From positions 864,001 through 928,000 of the forward strand of contig CBDAOB010000004.1 in assembly GCA_965197905.1 (NCBI GenBank): a DNA stretch of 64,000 nt, given 5' to 3'. Source of the stretch: Candidatus Latescibacterota bacterium. Lineage in GTDB: Bacteria; Latescibacterota; UBA2968; UBA8231. A program made the translations under genes and the position numbers. Shown here in pieces: positions 42,152 to 52,974 of the stretch. The notes below the pieces were generated by a model. It was not told where the DNA came from and did not search any database. It saw only the letters and a program-made list of their open reading frames with translations. The first letter of the stretch is position 1; each line of letters begins with the position of its first letter.

Positions 42152-42990
42152 TCATGGACCGTCGTAACGCTCCACGAATGTCTTCGGAAATGCCGCAGTC
42201 TTGCGCAGCACGTCCTCCGCAGTTGCGCGGCTCACTTCAAACATGAGTTCACCCTTGTAGTCAATGTCTTTGAGTGCAGCGAAAACCTCTCCCCACTCGA
42301 TGTTGCCATCAAAAGCGGGCTTATGATCCGTGTCTGTGAAATCGTGCAGGTGAAGATGCAAGAGGCGCTTGCCACATTGGGTCATAGTCTGACGGGCGAC
42401 TTCTTTCTTGACGAAGGGATTGATGCCATCAGGGTCCCTTTGATGACCGATGTCCACCGTGATACCGAAGCGATCGGCATCTATCTTGTCCACGAACGCG
42501 ATGCAGTCTGATATTTGAGGATTCGGTAACAGGTTCGCACACGTGAGTGTCAGAGATGAGCCGTGCAGTTGACCCAAAATCTCGATGACCGATTTCTCCG
42601 ACTGCTCGCCAACATCAAAGTGTCCCGCATAAATAGCGGCACCCAGCTCCTCTGCCGCCCTTGCCGCCATGATGCCTTCCCTTACCGCGGCCCTCCTCTC
42701 CTCTTCATCTTCTGAACCAAAAGGAAGGCCGGGGCCATGCGCAGAAACGATCGAAACGCCTTGCTTCTGGCATTCAGCCTTGTCTCCGATACATGAGTGG
42801 GATCGTGATAGTCGCACTGCAGGGGGTGTAAATATACCTCAATCCGAGCTATCCCCGCCTCGCGAATCGCTGCAATCTCTCTCGCTCCGAGCACTGATTT
42901 CTCCACCTTGAGCGCGGAGATTCCGAGTCGATCCTCGATCTCTCGAGATGTCCACCGAGGGAGTGAGTCGGGAGCTGCGCTGATTCCCAT
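42152..42990 (-). CDS. Sugar phosphate isomerase/epimerase, frameshift near 42790
   Basis: TVDIGH, HLHLHD, DHKPAFDGNIEW, MFEV. Confidence 0.75.
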
Positions 42991-43078
42991 CGTACCTCTC
43001 CAGCATTTCAACCGGACCGCGCCAGGATTAGGCCGCTATCCTACCGGCTGGTTGATGACCATTTTGTCTTGCTTAGAG

Positions 43079-43843
43079 CTATTCAATCAAGGCACTGCGC
43101 AGCATGTCTACTTGCTTTTGGGAGAGGCCCCCGTCCAAGGCGTATGCCTCTACGCCACCGTATCGTTCTTCAAAGTGCTGAAGCAGTTCGAGCATAGCTT
43201 CGGGCGGGCAATGGTGTTGCCGATACTCCTCTACAGTCTCACGAGGAGTTACGCCAGGTGGAGGTGGGAGTCCTGCCGAATCGCGGTTCGCGAGGAAGTA
43301 GGCACTCAATGCAAAATCTTCGGCTATAACCTCCGCTGGCACACCTACCAGCCCAAGTACCAGAGCGGTTATCACACCGGTGCGGCCCATCCCCGCCCAG
43401 CAGTGGGCCAACGCAGGTAGCACTCCAGGGGATGCTAGAGTCGCCAGGGTCTCAACTATTTGAGGCCGCCTGTAGTTTAATGTCTTGGCGTAGGACTTCA
43501 TGGAACTATCTGACGGCACGTTGAATTCGGGGAAGTCTGCCATGTCAGGAAGCGGCTCGTCTCCATTCATATTCTGGTGGTAGCAGGTAACGACAGATGA
43601 GTTTGCGAAGACGTTTGGCTCTCGCTGGATACCCTTGGTGGATCTGAGATCAATAACCGTGCGTACCCCGTATTCGATGAGAGCAGCCTGAGAACCAAGT
43701 GTCAGATTGTTGAGGTTGTCGGCGCGTAGAAACTTTTTCCAACGTGTTCGTCGTCCATCTGAAGTGGCGTAACCACCTATATCGCGGATGTTGTAGGCTC
43801 CTTCTAACTCCAAGTGCCGTCGGGGCTCTAGATATTTAGCCAT
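43079..43843 (-). CDS. Tyrosine-protein phosphatase family protein
   Basis: NIRDIGG, VIDLRS, HCWAGMGRTG (CX5R). Confidence 0.9.
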   Translation of the reverse strand: MAKYLEPRRHLELEGAYNIRDIGGYATSDGRRTRWKKFLRADNLNNLTLGSQAALIEYGVRTVIDLRSTKGIQREPNVFANSSVVTCYHQNMNGDEPLPDMADFPEFNVPSDSSMKSYAKTLNYRRPQIVETLATLASPGVLPALAHCWAGMGRTGVITALVLGLVGVPAEVIAEDFALSAYFLANRDSAGLPPPPGVTPRETVEEYRQHHCPPEAMLELLQHFEERYGGVEAYALDGGLSQKQVDMLRSALIE

Positions 43844-43890
43844 TATCTGGTATCTCCCGGGTTGCCGGCCGCGGAATGCCGCCGCCGATC

Positions 43891-45276
43891 TCATTGATAG
43901 GCGATGTATCCGGTCGTGTAGTGACGGTCGTAGCGAAGGAACGCCATACTGTACTCGACATTTCGGAACAAGCGGGTGAAATTCAACAATGAGATTTCGC
44001 CCGGAGCCGGCCGGGGGTGGTATTTGTCGTCCCACCGCAACTCGAATTCTACGGACCAGAAGTTGTCGCCGACAAAGGTCGCTGCCGCCCCGTCGACGTC
44101 CCAGCTGTAATCGTGGCTGTGGCCCTCGCTGAAGTTGCTCCAGCGATCCCTTACCGCTCCTTCGGGGTTCACTGATAAACCGGCAAGTAGCGTTTTGTCC
44201 AGATCGCGATCGAAAGTGAACGAGATCCTGTCGCCGCGGGCGTCGGTCAGTTTGTCTTCCATGGGCAACACCAGCAGGCTTTCGGGGTGGGCGTCGAAGC
44301 AATGTGCGCCCCAGTAAAACGCTTTGTCTGTGTAACCCATCAAAACGTGGGTTTCGACCCGTGGCAACATCGTGGCAAGAGATCCCGAGAATGTGTAGAA
44401 CGAATCGATGCGCCCGGCGCTTTTCCAAACCGCGTCGTCTAATCGTCCGTCGATCTGTGGCGCCGCGGCGAACCTGGGAACATCGATCAGCAGCCGGTGA
44501 TCCCGCAAAAGCTGCTTCCCGCGGTCGCGATCGCCGTGTTCCAAATAAAACGTGCCCATGTAGTAGTTCGCCTGCCTGCTGGCAGGGGCGTACGCCAGCG
44601 CCCGGTTGTAGATGGAATCCGCCAACGAGATGTTGGCTTTGAGAGCAGCCTTTTGCGCTTCCTTTGCCCAAAGGCGGACAAACTCTTCCACGAGGGACAG
44701 CGCGGCTTCACGGGCGTAGCGATCCTGCGACTGGGCGCGTTCGCCGGCGAGCCGGCGCAAGGTTGCGATCTGTTCATCGTTCAACCGACCGAGCACGCTC
44801 CCCAAAGCGAACAGGGCTGGGGTTTGGACCAGGGGCGAGGGATCGGACAGCGCCTGTAAAAAAGGACCATAATATTCGGAGCGCATCCGCATTCCGAGCT
44901 CTTCGGCGATCCGTCCCCGCACCACCGGATCAGGATCGTCAAGCAGGTGTTTGTTGAGGACGTCAGCTACCCGTTCGTTCCCCGACCTCGCCCTGATGCC
45001 GGCCAGGATGGCGGCAACCTCGTCGCGCGGGCGGTCGCCGGCTGGCGATTCCAACGCCGCGATGAGGGGCTCGATCGCTTCGTCCGCGGCCAGGGTGAGC
45101 TCGTGCCTTGCTGCGGCGCGCTCGTCGGGACCGGCGCCGAGCTCGTCGATGCGGTCTTCGACGGAAGGCCCGCAAGCCGCAAGGCAAAGGGCCGCCGCCA
45201 AGCCCACGATCTCCAGGTATCGCCCAGACCGGCCGGCGTGAAGCTCATCGCCCGCAGGGCTTCTTCTTGATGCCAT
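43891..45276 (-). CDS. HEAT/TPR-repeat lipoprotein with a CBM9-like C-terminal domain
   Basis: LAAC lipobox, DPDPVVR, PQIDGRLDDAVW, WSVEF. Confidence 0.7.
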   Translation of the reverse strand: MASRRSPAGDELHAGRSGRYLEIVGLAAALCLAACGPSVEDRIDELGAGPDERAAARHELTLAADEAIEPLIAALESPAGDRPRDEVAAILAGIRARSGNERVADVLNKHLLDDPDPVVRGRIAEELGMRMRSEYYGPFLQALSDPSPLVQTPALFALGSVLGRLNDEQIATLRRLAGERAQSQDRYAREAALSLVEEFVRLWAKEAQKAALKANISLADSIYNRALAYAPASRQANYYMGTFYLEHGDRDRGKQLLRDHRLLIDVPRFAAAPQIDGRLDDAVWKSAGRIDSFYTFSGSLATMLPRVETHVLMGYTDKAFYWGAHCFDAHPESLLVLPMEDKLTDARGDRISFTFDRDLDKTLLAGLSVNPEGAVRDRWSNFSEGHSHDYSWDVDGAAATFVGDNFWSVEFELRWDDKYHPRPAPGEISLLNFTRLFRNVEYSMAFLRYDRHYTTGYIAYQ

Positions 45277-45402
45277 TGTCGTCTAAGTCACCGCCGTGGA
45301 ATTTGTGTCCCACTCCTCAGCCCACTCGTGAAACTCCGAGTTGAATCTACAAAACGCCTTGGGTGTTGGCACCCGCCGCCGCCTGATGCATGCCGCCGAG
45401 GC

Positions 45403-46998
45403 CTATAGACTGAACGCGAAAAGGGTCGCCTTGTACATCTCGATGCGAATCGCCAGCGAATCCGACAACCGCGCCACGTTGTCGTTGCCCCGCCAGGTGA
45501 CAACCCGGTCCAGCTCGTCTCCCTGCAGGACGTCGCAGTCGGCGAAGCTGTACCCTTCCATTGCGCTGAGAGAACCGGACAGATGTGGTTTCGGTCCGAC
45601 ATGGGTGATAAGCTCGACCTTCATGAAACCACCGGTCTCCGTCTTGTAGTTCAGGCGCAACTGTCTCGGCGGCTCGTTCGGGTCGGCGAGCGGCGGAAAA
45701 CGATTGTGTATCGGCGCCGGGATGGCGTCGGGGCAGTCGGGGGGTGAGCGGTAGAGGTCCTGGCGCAAGGTAAGCCTTCCGTCCGCTTTGGCGCGGATAC
45801 CCGCGATGCGATCCTTCTCCCACAGGGCGTAGCGAATGGGGAGATTCACGTGGGCACTGTCGTGCGCACCCTTGCGGTCCGTACCCCAATAGGTGATCGC
45901 GCAGCGTCCGTCCGGCATTTCCAGCAGCCCGGGGCCGGCGTCGAGTGCGGCTCCGTAGCCGGCGCCATCCGCATAGTTGTCGATGAGGTGGTGGGTGCGG
46001 TCGGGCCGCTCCCAGTTGATGCCGTCGTGGCTGACCCCGAGCTGTATGTCCTTGGTCCCTGCTGACTGCGCGAACCGCGACAGGAACATCAAGTGCAGAT
46101 CGTTGCGCCCCGGATAGCGGGTGTAGGCGTGATTGTAGAAGGAGACGTCCGGCGGGTCGAGGGCGTCATTCATCACGGCCGGCTCTTCCGGCGTGAAGGT
46201 GCGGAAGTCGTCGCTCACGCAGCGGCCGGCGCAGCGCCGGCCGGCAATATGAAAGCGGCAGTAACCTACGTACTGCCCGAGCACCTCGTCATAGAAAACG
46301 ATGTTGTCGCCGTCGACGAACTCCTCGAGGAGCGGTTTCTCGAGATGTGTCCAAATGAACCCGTCAGGTGAGACGGCACCCATCATGAAGGATTTCAACG
46401 TTCCCCACTGGCCCTCGAACTTCTCGCTATTCCACTCCTGAAGGTGTATGTGATCCTGAATATCCGGGTTCTCCGGGCCGCCCATGCGGGCGACCGCCTC
46501 CTTGTCCAGTTGCACTTCCACGTAGTTGCCATCTGCATCCTTCTCGCGCGCGTAGAAGCCGCCCTTGCCTCCGATCGCCTTGAAGCGCTCCTCCGGTGGC
46601 GCCGACGGATCTTCGAATATGCGCCCGTACCTGGTGGTCACGATGTTGTTCTTCGTCGACCCCTCGAACTCCACCACCCCAAACTCAGGTTTGGTCCAGT
46701 TGTAGCCATCTTCGCTTTGCGCCCGGCAAAGACCTGCGGGTGTCGTGTAATCGATGATGTACAGACCATCCTTGAAGATGAAAGAGGTGACCGGGCCGCC
46801 TCCATCTTGCTCCCAGGGTCGATCCGGCGGCAGTATCGGCTCACTCCTTTCCGCCGGCTGTGCCTCGATCTCGATTCCCATGGGCACATCCCACGATCGC
46901 GACATGCCATCCTTGAATCCGGCGTAGCCGGCGTGAACATACCACCAGTCGAGTAGCGGGCCTGTCGTCGGATTTCCCGTAGTCGGATCAGTTACCAT
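45403..46998 (-). CDS. Beta-propeller glycoside-hydrolase-like protein, paralogue 3
   Basis: SEDGYNW, SPDGFIW, SHDGINW, LFAFSL. Confidence 0.65.
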   Translation of the reverse strand: MVTDPTTGNPTTGPLLDWWYVHAGYAGFKDGMSRSWDVPMGIEIEAQPAERSEPILPPDRPWEQDGGGPVTSFIFKDGLYIIDYTTPAGLCRAQSEDGYNWTKPEFGVVEFEGSTKNNIVTTRYGRIFEDPSAPPEERFKAIGGKGGFYAREKDADGNYVEVQLDKEAVARMGGPENPDIQDHIHLQEWNSEKFEGQWGTLKSFMMGAVSPDGFIWTHLEKPLLEEFVDGDNIVFYDEVLGQYVGYCRFHIAGRRCAGRCVSDDFRTFTPEEPAVMNDALDPPDVSFYNHAYTRYPGRNDLHLMFLSRFAQSAGTKDIQLGVSHDGINWERPDRTHHLIDNYADGAGYGAALDAGPGLLEMPDGRCAITYWGTDRKGAHDSAHVNLPIRYALWEKDRIAGIRAKADGRLTLRQDLYRSPPDCPDAIPAPIHNRFPPLADPNEPPRQLRLNYKTETGGFMKVELITHVGPKPHLSGSLSAMEGYSFADCDVLQGDELDRVVTWRGNDNVARLSDSLAIRIEMYKATLFAFSL

Positions 46999-47205
46999 AA
47001 GACTATTCTCCTCTCAGACTGTGCCTGGCTCCATCCGCCTCTGCTCAGCTGCTGAACCGAGGTTGCTCAGTGCAGCTCGTTCCTCAGCGACAGGTCTACG
47101 GCGTCGCCCGTCTCTTGCTGGTGGCAGAGATGATATGGAGATTTGACGGGCCCACCAAAAGTAGTGGGTCGGAATCGAAACGATATCAACGCGAGGAAAA
47201 CAACC

Positions 47206-48708
47206 ATGAGTACCTCAGACGCAGGCCAGCTTCGCGCGGGCGCCGCGAAGGTGGAGATCAGCGGAACCGGCGAACGCCCTGTCAACGACCCGCTGTACGC
47301 CAGAGCATTGGTGCTGACCGATGGCGTGACCACAGCCGTTCTTGTCTCCGTGGATGTCGTGACGATCGCCGAGCTCGGCATCGTTCAGGACGACTTCCTC
47401 CCCAATGTGCGTTCGCAACTGGAGACCGAGCTGAACCTGGAGCCGGCGAACCTGCTTATCAGCGCCACCCACTGTCATGGCGAGGTGAGCACCGATATCG
47501 AGCAACGGACGATTCAAGCGGTGAAAGAGGCCTGGGGAAAGATGGTTCCCGTCTCCGTCGGGACGGGCAGAGGTCACGAAGACAGAATTATGGAGAACCG
47601 GCGGGTCAAACTGAGGAACGGCCGCGAGGCGGATGTGCGCCAGAACTACTGTTTGCCCCCGGACGACCAGGTTGTGGGTGTTGGTCCGGTCGATCCGGAA
47701 ATCGGGATTCTGCGACTCGATCGGGAGGATGGACGGACGCTGGCGGTTGTCTACAACTTTGCCTGCCATCCGATTCAGGAGGTGCCCAGCGGAGCAAACA
47801 CGGCTGACATATCTGGCATTGCCTCCGGCGTGATCGAGGAAAATCTGAGCGATGGTACCATCGCCTTGTTTACGCAGGGTTGTGGCGCTGATGTCAATCC
47901 GGCCTTCTACAAGGGGAACGACATCGACTTTCTCCGCGACGCGGAGCCGCTGGGAAACCGGCTGGGTCTAAACACGTTGAGAGCTCTGAGAAAGATCCAA
48001 ACCGGCGAGGACGGGAGGCTCGAGCTGATTAACGAGACACTCGAGCTGCCGCGGGCCGACCTCACCCAACTCATCGACGAGATGGAGGGGGAGCAGCGAA
48101 GGCTGCTGGAGACTTTGCCCCTCTCGCTGACCTCTTCCACGACGAGGGGAGAGATATTCCTGAAAGGCACGAATCTCAACTTCAAGACGTTCCTTACCCT
48201 GTTTGTGAAACACAAACTCTTTCCCGAGTATCCATCCTATTACGCGTATCGGTATGTCCACGAAGAGATGATGGGGAGGGACGATCTGGTACGACTGGAT
48301 GCCAATAAAAAGAGGAACATAGATCACTACCTGGAAAGCATCTACACCATGGAGGAGCTGACGAAAATCCAGATAAACATCGCTATGCTGAAGAAGAAAC
48401 AGGCGTCGAACGCGGCCTCCGAAACGGGAACGATCAAGGCGGAGGTGGTTGGGCTGCGAGTAGGGGATTTTGCGCTTGTCACGTTTCCCGGCGAGCTCCC
48501 CGTAGAGATAGGGCTCAATATCAAAAAGAGATCTCCCCACAAAAACACCTTCGTCGCCGGTGTTACCAACGGATATCTCTTTTACACGCCCACGGTCGAA
48601 CAGCTGAAGAACCGGGGTAAAGCCCAAGAGGACACCGACTGCCTGGTTGCACCGGAATGGCAGGCGCTGTTCGAAAGCAAGGTGGCTGAGATACTGAAGA
48701 AGCTATGA
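47206..48708 (+). CDS. Neutral/alkaline ceramidase-like amidohydrolase
   Basis: DPLYARALVL, SATHCH, NFACHP, FPGE, NGYLFYTP. Confidence 0.75.
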   Translation: MSTSDAGQLRAGAAKVEISGTGERPVNDPLYARALVLTDGVTTAVLVSVDVVTIAELGIVQDDFLPNVRSQLETELNLEPANLLISATHCHGEVSTDIEQRTIQAVKEAWGKMVPVSVGTGRGHEDRIMENRRVKLRNGREADVRQNYCLPPDDQVVGVGPVDPEIGILRLDREDGRTLAVVYNFACHPIQEVPSGANTADISGIASGVIEENLSDGTIALFTQGCGADVNPAFYKGNDIDFLRDAEPLGNRLGLNTLRALRKIQTGEDGRLELINETLELPRADLTQLIDEMEGEQRRLLETLPLSLTSSTTRGEIFLKGTNLNFKTFLTLFVKHKLFPEYPSYYAYRYVHEEMMGRDDLVRLDANKKRNIDHYLESIYTMEELTKIQINIAMLKKKQASNAASETGTIKAEVVGLRVGDFALVTFPGELPVEIGLNIKKRSPHKNTFVAGVTNGYLFYTPTVEQLKNRGKAQEDTDCLVAPEWQALFESKVAEILKKL

Positions 48709-48787
48709 TACGTTTCTCACCGATCACGTTCGATCCGCCTCGGCCTGACTTCTACCAGGCAATTAAGAATGAACTGGAGATGCCATC

Positions 48788-50339
48788 ATGATGGACGCGG
48801 AACGAGAAAAGGCACGCTGGCGCCGCCGCCGGATCATTTACAACAACGACGGCGACGACGCGATCGAGGCGCGCTCCGGAGTAGAGCACGAGTATGATGT
48901 TTCCGAAGCCCTGACGGTGCGCGCCAGCGGAGATCTGGTACAGGATTTCCTCGATGCCCGCAGCACGCCCCTGATCGGCTCGCAGGTGGACAGCAACTGG
49001 TACGCCAGTTGCATGGCGGGTCTCACCTTTTCCCACCACACCAAACTCGGCGGGTTCTACGGCAAGGAGATCCCGCTGGAGCTGGTGGAGAGATATGGCC
49101 GCGATACCCTTGAGATCCAGCTGGACTTCAGCCACGAGTACGGCATGGAAGCAGCTTGGTGCCTGCATGAACGATATCCACGACGCCTTTCCACCTGGAA
49201 GCCGCCGCTGGACCTACGGGCTAGCGGCGTTCAAACAGGAGCATCCCGACTGTATGATGGGTGAGCAAGGCGACTGGGACAAGTATGGTCAACACCACCA
49301 CCCGAAAGGACAATGGACGCGATTGGATTTCGCCATTCCGGAGGTGCGCGAGCACATCTTCCGCATCATCGAAGAGGTGGCGGAGAACTACGACGTGGAC
49401 CTCATCGGCATGGAGTTCTTCAAGTACTGGCCGTTCTTCCGCGAGTCGCGGGATGGAGATCCCGTCGAACCCGAACACGTGGAGATAATGAACGATCTTC
49501 TCCGCCGCATTCGGCGCATGGCGGACGACGTTGCCAGCCGCCGCGGGCGCCCGCTGCTACTGGCTGCCCATACTCCATTCAGCCTGGCGGATTGTATACA
49601 CGTTGGCGTGGACCTGGAAACGTGGCTCCAGGAGGGATTGATCGACCAACTCATGCCCGGCGGCAACTTGGAATCGGTGTTTTGCAGTTCCTACAGCGAC
49701 ATCATCGCCCTGGGACACAAGTACGAGGTCCCGGTCTATCCCTGTATGTCGTGGGGCTTCTGGGATCGCTGGGCTTTTCTCGGACTGAGCGATGGCAAAT
49801 ACAGACAGTTCAGCTTGTGGATAGAGACCCTCTACGGGGGACAACCCGAACGCGCCGGCAAACCGTCGTTCATCCTTGTGTTCAACGAGTGGGAGGGCAC
49901 ACTCGCCGCGGCGCGCGGTGCCGCCTCGAATCTGTTCAACGCCGGCGCCGATGGACTCTACCTCTTCAATCCCGCCTTTGGCGAGCCGCAATGGTGGCGC
50001 GAGATCGGCGAGGTAGCGACAATGGCCGGTAAAGACCGTATTTATGGCGTCGACCGCTTTGAAGGCGCGCGGAGCATCGATTTCAGCCTGCATCTGTGGG
50101 ACTGGGTTCCAGGTAACGACCTCTCTGTGAAGCTGAACGGCGCAGCCGTCGATGGGCTGCAACCGACCGACCCGGACCGAAACCCGGAGGAAGGTCAGTG
50201 GTTGCAGGGCAATCTCGAGGCCAAGCAGATCAATCGAGGTGAGAATCAGCTGGAAGTGGGGGTGAAAAAACGCGGTGGGTCCGCCTCATCTCCAGTCGTT
50301 CTGGATACGGTGCAATTGCGCATTCTGTGCGAATCCTGA
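48788..50339 (+). CDS. GHL10-like TIM-barrel protein, paralogue 3, frameshift near 49160
   Basis: Same motifs as paralogues 1 and 2, split over two ORFs. Confidence 0.7.
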
Positions 50340-50560
50340 GCGTCGCTGCCTGCCGCGGTAACGCCGAGCTTGAGTCGGGCGCCGCTGTTATCGTCCGTCG
50401 TGGGCGGTACTTTTGGCAAAAGCGACGTTCAGGCGCGCCCGAAATAGATTCGCGCCAGCGGTTCGGGGTCGTTTCCCATGGCCAGCCGTCAGCGCTAGGT
50501 CCCATAATTCTTGAGGAAATGAGAAGCACAATTTCACAGGCAACCACAGGGGAATGGAAA

Positions 50561-51459
50561 ATGAGCCAGACACCATACCGAGTGGCCCCACCCGGATTTA
50601 CGGAGGAGCAGTGGCAGACCTTCGAAGAGGCATCGTCGTCATCGAGGACGCCCTGACCAACGACGAAGTGCGGCAATATATAGAAGCGATCGACCGGGTG
50701 GCGACCACCCTGCCCGAGTACCGCGATAACGCGTACTGCAACCCGGAAAACATCGTCGAGTTCGACCCGGTCTTCACCGGCCTGATCGACCACCCGCGCC
50801 ACATCGGTTTCGCCTACGACCTGTACGGCGAATTGCTCAAGCTGCACCAGAGCCAGTTTCTTCTGCGTCCCCCCGGCGGCAATGAGTACAATTCCTGGCA
50901 CCCCGATCCCCCCCTTGCCCTGCCTTACGGCACCTTCTCGCCCACATTGCCGCTGCAGATCAAAATCGGCTACTGGCTCACCGATTTACCGCGCCAGAAG
51001 ATGGGCAACCTGGTGGTTTTGCCCGGCAGTCACCGGCAGCAGTACCTGGATACCTACTACACCCACGAAAGCGCGCCCGGAGAGCGCGTCATGCGCTTGC
51101 AGAAGGGCGCCCTTACCGTCATGAATTCGAACATCTGGCACCGGGTAGAGCCCAACGAGAGCGAGGTGACGCGCAAGAACATCTTCGTCGCCTACTGTCC
51201 GGCCTGGGTTACGTCAACCGATCGCATACTTTCCGATCCTGAGTGGCTCGAAAGCCTCAACCGCGAGCAGCGCATCATCATGCGCAACTATGACCAGGCC
51301 TACCAGTATGCCAAGCCGCCGAATGAGGACTTTCCGCTCTTTCTGGATCGCGACACCGGCCTGGACCGTGATCCCGACCTTTACCGCGAACACGTGGGCC
51401 TGAGCCGCCGCAAGCGCCTAACGGCGGCAGAAAAGCGTCTGGTCCAGGCGGCAGTGTAG
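50561..51459 (+). CDS. PhyH family dioxygenase, frameshift near 50630
   Basis: WHPD, GNLVVLPGSH, IWHR. Confidence 0.8.
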
Positions 51460-51495
51460 AGAGAGTATGCGGCGGCATATAAGCGACGTTCAGGC

Positions 51496-52803
51496 GTGCG
51501 CAAGGTCGAGCTCAAGGATCTTCACCACATCATCGTCCACCGCGACGAGCACATGTATTTCTACGCCACCAACAGAGGCGGCATCTGGAACTTCGGCGAT
51601 GGCGAGATCGCCGTCGCCTATCTGGCCGCGCCCGTGGATTACAGCGTCATGCGGGAAGGTCCCAACAAGAACTGGTCGCGGCACTGCGGCGGGCCTCGCA
51701 GCATGTATCGTCCCCACGAGCGCTGGGGCAGCGAGTCGGGCTGTATCATCAGCCGCTCCTTCGACAACGGCGAGACCTGGCCCGATGACCAACGCCAATG
51801 GATCTGGAACAACGATCGCACCACCGACGAGATTCTCGACTGGCTGCGACCGCGAGGCCGTTCGGAGCGCGAAGAGATCGACATGGGCGCCACCGATTCC
51901 ATTATCCACTTCTGCCCTGCGGTGTATCTCAAGCCTCCTATCGGCAGTGTCGGGCGCGATTCGAACAGCTTCGACCTGGGTCGCCGGCAACACCTACCGA
52001 CCTTCAGCCTGCGCAGCGGGGACCGCGGTCGAACCTGGGAAAACCATGCGACGGTGATCGACAGCCCATCCTGGGCGCCTAATGGTGGGTACATGGGTGC
52101 GAATCTCGGTTGCGTCCGCTTCGACAACGGAGTTCTCGGCCATATCGGCGCCGTCTACTGGCGACACGTGCTCTGTTACTACGTCAGCTATGACAACGGG
52201 ATCTCGTGGGAGTACTGCAGCGATGTGGTTCGCGCGAGCCCGCACCTAATCCGCTCGGCGCCGGGCGAGGAAGGGGTCGGCTATACCTATCCGGGGGTGC
52301 ACCGACTACCCGACGGGCGTCTGATGGCCTGCATGCACAAGATGCCTCCCGAAATGCCCGGTGTTGCCTTTTCCGCGGACGACGGCATGACCTGGTCTGA
52401 GCCCCAGTTTGTGAGCAGCCCGGGCAATCGCTTCGGCAACATGAGCGATCCTGAACCCGAGTGCCCGTTGAACGAACCGTCCCGTTTCAATCGCTGGCGA
52501 TGCCCCGTGGCTCTGGTGCTGCGCGACGGTCGAATCCTCGTTCTTTTTGCGCGCCGTACCCCCAGCCTGGGCAACCGCGGAATCCTGGGCGTGGTGAGCG
52601 AGGACCTAGGCGAAACCTGGAGCGAGGAATTCGTGGTGCGGGGCGATGCCTACAGCTACGACATGGGTTACCCGGTGCCTACTGAACTGCCCGACGGCCG
52701 TATTTTCGTGGCCTACTGGTTCTGCGCCAAAGAACAGGACGAACCGATCGAGGACGTGCAGATCGTGCGCCACATCGCGGGAAGCTTTTTCAGATTGGAC
52801 TGA
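51496..52803 (+). CDS. Sialidase/BNR-repeat protein
   Basis: Five Asp-boxes (SxDxGxTW-type). Confidence 0.85.
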   Translation: MRKVELKDLHHIIVHRDEHMYFYATNRGGIWNFGDGEIAVAYLAAPVDYSVMREGPNKNWSRHCGGPRSMYRPHERWGSESGCIISRSFDNGETWPDDQRQWIWNNDRTTDEILDWLRPRGRSEREEIDMGATDSIIHFCPAVYLKPPIGSVGRDSNSFDLGRRQHLPTFSLRSGDRGRTWENHATVIDSPSWAPNGGYMGANLGCVRFDNGVLGHIGAVYWRHVLCYYVSYDNGISWEYCSDVVRASPHLIRSAPGEEGVGYTYPGVHRLPDGRLMACMHKMPPEMPGVAFSADDGMTWSEPQFVSSPGNRFGNMSDPEPECPLNEPSRFNRWRCPVALVLRDGRILVLFARRTPSLGNRGILGVVSEDLGETWSEEFVVRGDAYSYDMGYPVPTELPDGRIFVAYWFCAKEQDEPIEDVQIVRHIAGSFFRLD

Positions 52804-52836
52804 CCGGCCAATTGCTAACGGGCGCGTTCCCGCTCA

Positions 52837-52899
52837 GGATCGATCGGGCGAATCGTCAGCATCTTTCCTCTACTCGGGGTTTGCACGAATTCGCGCGCC
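52837..52899 (-). repeat. Mosaic of a thermonuclease-gene fragment and the GNAT-GNAT junction
   Basis: 18/18 to 6617-6634 abutting 41/46 to 5209-5254. Confidence 0.8.
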
Positions 52900-52974
52900 G
52901 CCTTTCTAGTTGCAATGGCGCAGACTTTATCCTGTCTCTGGTCGCCGGCATAAACAATGGCAAGTCTGTAGCAT

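Noticed and set aside
43844..44671. N-terminal extension of the 530-aa ORF
   Set aside because: It overlaps the HEAT/CBM9 gene in another frame; the phosphatase starts at 43843
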